From positions 10,662,352 through 10,726,351 of the forward strand of contig NC_092678.1 of NCBI RefSeq assembly GCF_964355755.1: a stretch of 64,000 nucleotides of DNA, read 5' to 3'. The position numbers and the translations under genes were made by a program. Each line of letters begins with the position of its first letter. The first letter of the stretch is position 1. This DNA comes from Antedon mediterranea. Taxonomy: Eukaryota > Animalia > Echinodermata. Shown here in pieces: positions 63,246 through 64,000 of the stretch. Below the pieces are notes generated by a model, which had not been told where the DNA came from, did no database searches, and saw nothing but the letters and a program-made list of their open reading frames with translations.

Positions 63246-64000
63246 GCACTTTGATGTTTTTGTATAACCAAGTTTCATCGAAATGCTCAAAATGGTCTAA
63301 AACGTTTTTAAAACGATATTAAGCTATTTTGTGCTCTTTGATGTTTTTGTGTAACGAAGTTTCATCGAAATGAACAAAATGGTCTAAAACGTCTCCAAAT
63401 GCGATTTGAAGCTTTTCCAAGCACTTTGCTGTTTTTATGTTAACAAGTTTTTTCGAAAATCACAAAATGGCCTAAAACGTCTCAAAATGCGATTTCAAGG
63501 TATTCTGAGCACTTTGGTGTTTTTGTGTGAAAGGTTTTAACGAAATGCTCAAAATGGTCTAAAACGGTTTCTAATGTGATTTTAAGCACTTTGATGTTTT
63601 TGTATAACCAAGTTTCATCGAAATGCACAAAATGGTCTAAAACGTCTCCAAATGCGATTTGAAGCTTTTCTAAGCACTTTGCTGTTTTTATGTTAACAAG
63701 TTTTTTCGAAAATCACAAAATGGTCTAAAACGTCTCCAAATGCGATTTGAAGATATTCTGAGCACTTTGGTGTTTTTATGTTAAAAAGTTTTTTCGAAAA
63801 TCACAAAATGGTCTAAAACGTCTCCAAATGCGATTTGAAGATATTCTGAGCACTTTGGTGTTTTTATGTTAAAAAGTTTTTTCGAAAATCACAAAATGGT
63901 CTAAAACGTCTCCAAATGCGATTTGAAGCTATTCTGTACACTTTGATGTTTTGTGTGAAAAAGTTTTGTCGAAATGCTCAAAATGGTCTAAAACGTTTTT

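Larger units (their letters stand above)
36620..64000 (+). repeat. Tandem satellite DNA array, 88-bp base monomer (right arm)
   Basis: The same monomer family and orientation resume in register (GATTT-GAAGGTATTCTGAG) right after the insertion and continue to the window end. Confidence 0.99.

Noticed and set aside
1-64000. CRISPR-like pattern (conserved AAAATGGTCTAAAACG core with variable intervening sequence)
   Set aside because: The intervening segments are homologous variants of one another rather than unique spacers, and there are no cas genes or leader.
1-64000. Strand inversion, telomeric repeats or LTR/TIR element ends within the array
   Set aside because: None were seen. All monomers read in one orientation and the only interruption is the 312-bp insertion.
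1-64000. Assignment to a named satellite family or organism
   Set aside because: I do not recognise the monomer as a named satellite. A database search is needed, and centromeric function cannot be inferred from sequence alone.

Overview
The window is eukaryotic satellite DNA with no credible protein-coding gene. It is one head-to-tail, single-orientation array of an AT-rich (~31% GC) 88-bp monomer, roughly 740 copies by length estimate. The array uses a small set of monomer variants (85-88 bp, a ~78-bp class with a 10-bp deletion, and a 58-bp class with a 30-bp deletion) joined in a strongly constrained order. It is a patchwork of near-identical 1.5-4.4-kb blocks duplicated at irregular offsets, and it ends in a young 23-monomer, 1,971-bp tandem higher-order repeat (~4.2 copies). 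The only non-satellite sequence is a 312-bp minus-strand insertion at 36308-36619 flanked by a 5-bp target-site duplication (GATTT). It has the anatomy of a tRNA-derived SINE: Pol III A and B boxes, a LINE-like 3' stem-loop and an A-rich tail. It also carries an internal hairpin plus T7 run directly after the tRNA head and a perfect 23-bp palindrome. An empty paralogous site appears at ~50382. A (peri)centromeric role is plausible but cannot be shown from sequence alone, and the organism is not identified. All listed ORFs are artefacts of the repeat.
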